Shown piece after piece: positions 63,393 through 64,000 of a DNA stretch of 64,000 bases (position 1 is its first letter; each line of letters opens with the position of its first letter). The notes under the pieces were generated by a model. The model was not told the DNA's origin, did no database searches, and worked only from the letters and a program-made list of their open reading frames with translations. Both the position numbers and the translations under genes were made by a program. This stretch comes from Candidatus Woesearchaeota archaeon (lineage in GTDB: Archaea > Nanobdellota > Nanobdellia > Woesearchaeales > JAWBMQ01): positions 14,881 to 78,880 of the forward strand of contig JAWBOS010000001.1 of assembly GCA_038825875.1 (NCBI GenBank), given 5' to 3'.

Positions 63393-63806
63393 ATGGAATC
63401 AGATTATCTAAGATTACTTGATAAAGCATACACACAATTGCCTGAAGTTGAAGAGGCTTCTATGAGACTTAAGATACCAAAAGTTGAAGCTGAAATTGAA
63501 GGAAATAAAACCATCATTAGAAATATTCGTCAAATTGCAAAAATACTAAATCGAGATCCTGAACACCTATTGAAATATTTTATGAAAAAATATGCAACAC
63601 CTGGACAATTGTTACCAAAATTTGGGGTACTAAACAGAAAGGTTTTATTGAATGAGCTTGACAAAGTTGTCTTACAATATCTTGAAGAATTTGTGATTTG
63701 TCCAGTGTGCAAAAGCCCAGACACGATAATCATAAGCAATGGAGCATATGGAACTTTAACCTGTAAGGCATGTGGAGCAAAGACCACAATTAAAGTTAAA
63801 TTATAA
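63393..63806 (+). CDS. Translation initiation factor 2 beta subunit (aIF2-beta)
   Basis: eIF2-beta/eIF5 core with C-terminal C4 Zn-ribbon CPVC..CKAC. Confidence 0.85.
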   Translation: MESDYLRLLDKAYTQLPEVEEASMRLKIPKVEAEIEGNKTIIRNIRQIAKILNRDPEHLLKYFMKKYATPGQLLPKFGVLNRKVLLNELDKVVLQYLEEFVICPVCKSPDTIIISNGAYGTLTCKACGAKTTIKVKL

Positions 63807-63909
63807 ATTCTTTCCAATTTTCTCTCCTCAAAAATAAAATTTAAAAAAGAACTTTTCTTACTTATAAATACCCAAAAACTAAAAATAAAAACTAAAAATA
63901 AAATAGGTT

Positions 63910-63982
63910 TGCCTCAGTAGCTCAGCTGGTAGAGCGGTTGCCTCGTAAGCAACAGGTCGGGGGTTCGAATCCCCCCTGGGGC
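63910..63982 (+). tRNA. tRNA-Thr (anticodon CGT), no encoded CCA
   Basis: Acceptor GCCTCAG/CTGGGGC (one G-U), D-arm GCTC/GAGC, anticodon stem GTTGC/GCAAC with loop CTCGTAA, T-arm GGGGG-TTCGAAT-CCCCC, discriminator T. Confidence 0.8.
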
Positions 63983-64000
63983 TTTTTAGTTTAGATTAAA

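Noticed and set aside
63259-63435. 59-aa N-terminal extension of the rSAM-SPASM ORF overlapping the aIF2-beta start
   Set aside because: Cys/Leu-rich junk-like sequence that would overlap the divergent gene. Internal Met at 63258 leaves a normal 134-bp divergent promoter region.

Overview
AT-rich (about 30% GC) archaeal chromosome segment. Archaeal identity rests on ribosomal proteins L10e and S3Ae, aIF2-beta, TFS, fibrillarin/Nop5, ELP3, a PAN-like AAA ATPase, membrane LonB, Cdc48, FtsZ, archaeal-type signal peptidase, class-III-signal-peptide pilin-like genes and an intron-containing tRNA-Trp. The small-genome, Shine-Dalgarno-using, gene-dense style (many 4-nt ATGA overlaps) and bacterial-type imports (GroES/GroEL, queuine-type TGT) suggest an uncultivated, possibly DPANN-like lineage. 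Mostly housekeeping genes (enolase, TrpRS, RNase HII, RIO kinase, Taw1, circularly permuted GTPase, DRG-like GTPase, MoxR-VWA pair, stomatin, Hsp20), interrupted by accessory blocks: (i) at the left edge, a minus-strand operon of a 2007-aa secreted LamG/FN3 adhesin-like giant plus five pilin-like genes; (ii) at 60.6-63.3 kb, a tightly coupled minus-strand operon of a radical-SAM/SPASM enzyme, an unknown 311-aa protein, a stand-alone PEP-utilizer phosphohistidine domain protein, and an unannotated 43-aa Trp/Asp/Gly-rich peptide with a CC pair - a candidate archaeal RiPP cluster and the most novel item here; (iii) a second orphan rSAM, a truncated Ski2-like helicase, perfect palindromic operators in front of hsp20 and of a cdc48-groES-groEL operon, and a tRNA-Trp intron carrying a K-loop-like D'/C' motif. 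Four tRNAs (Trp, Val, Thr; none encode CCA). No CRISPR array, transposase or integrase seen.
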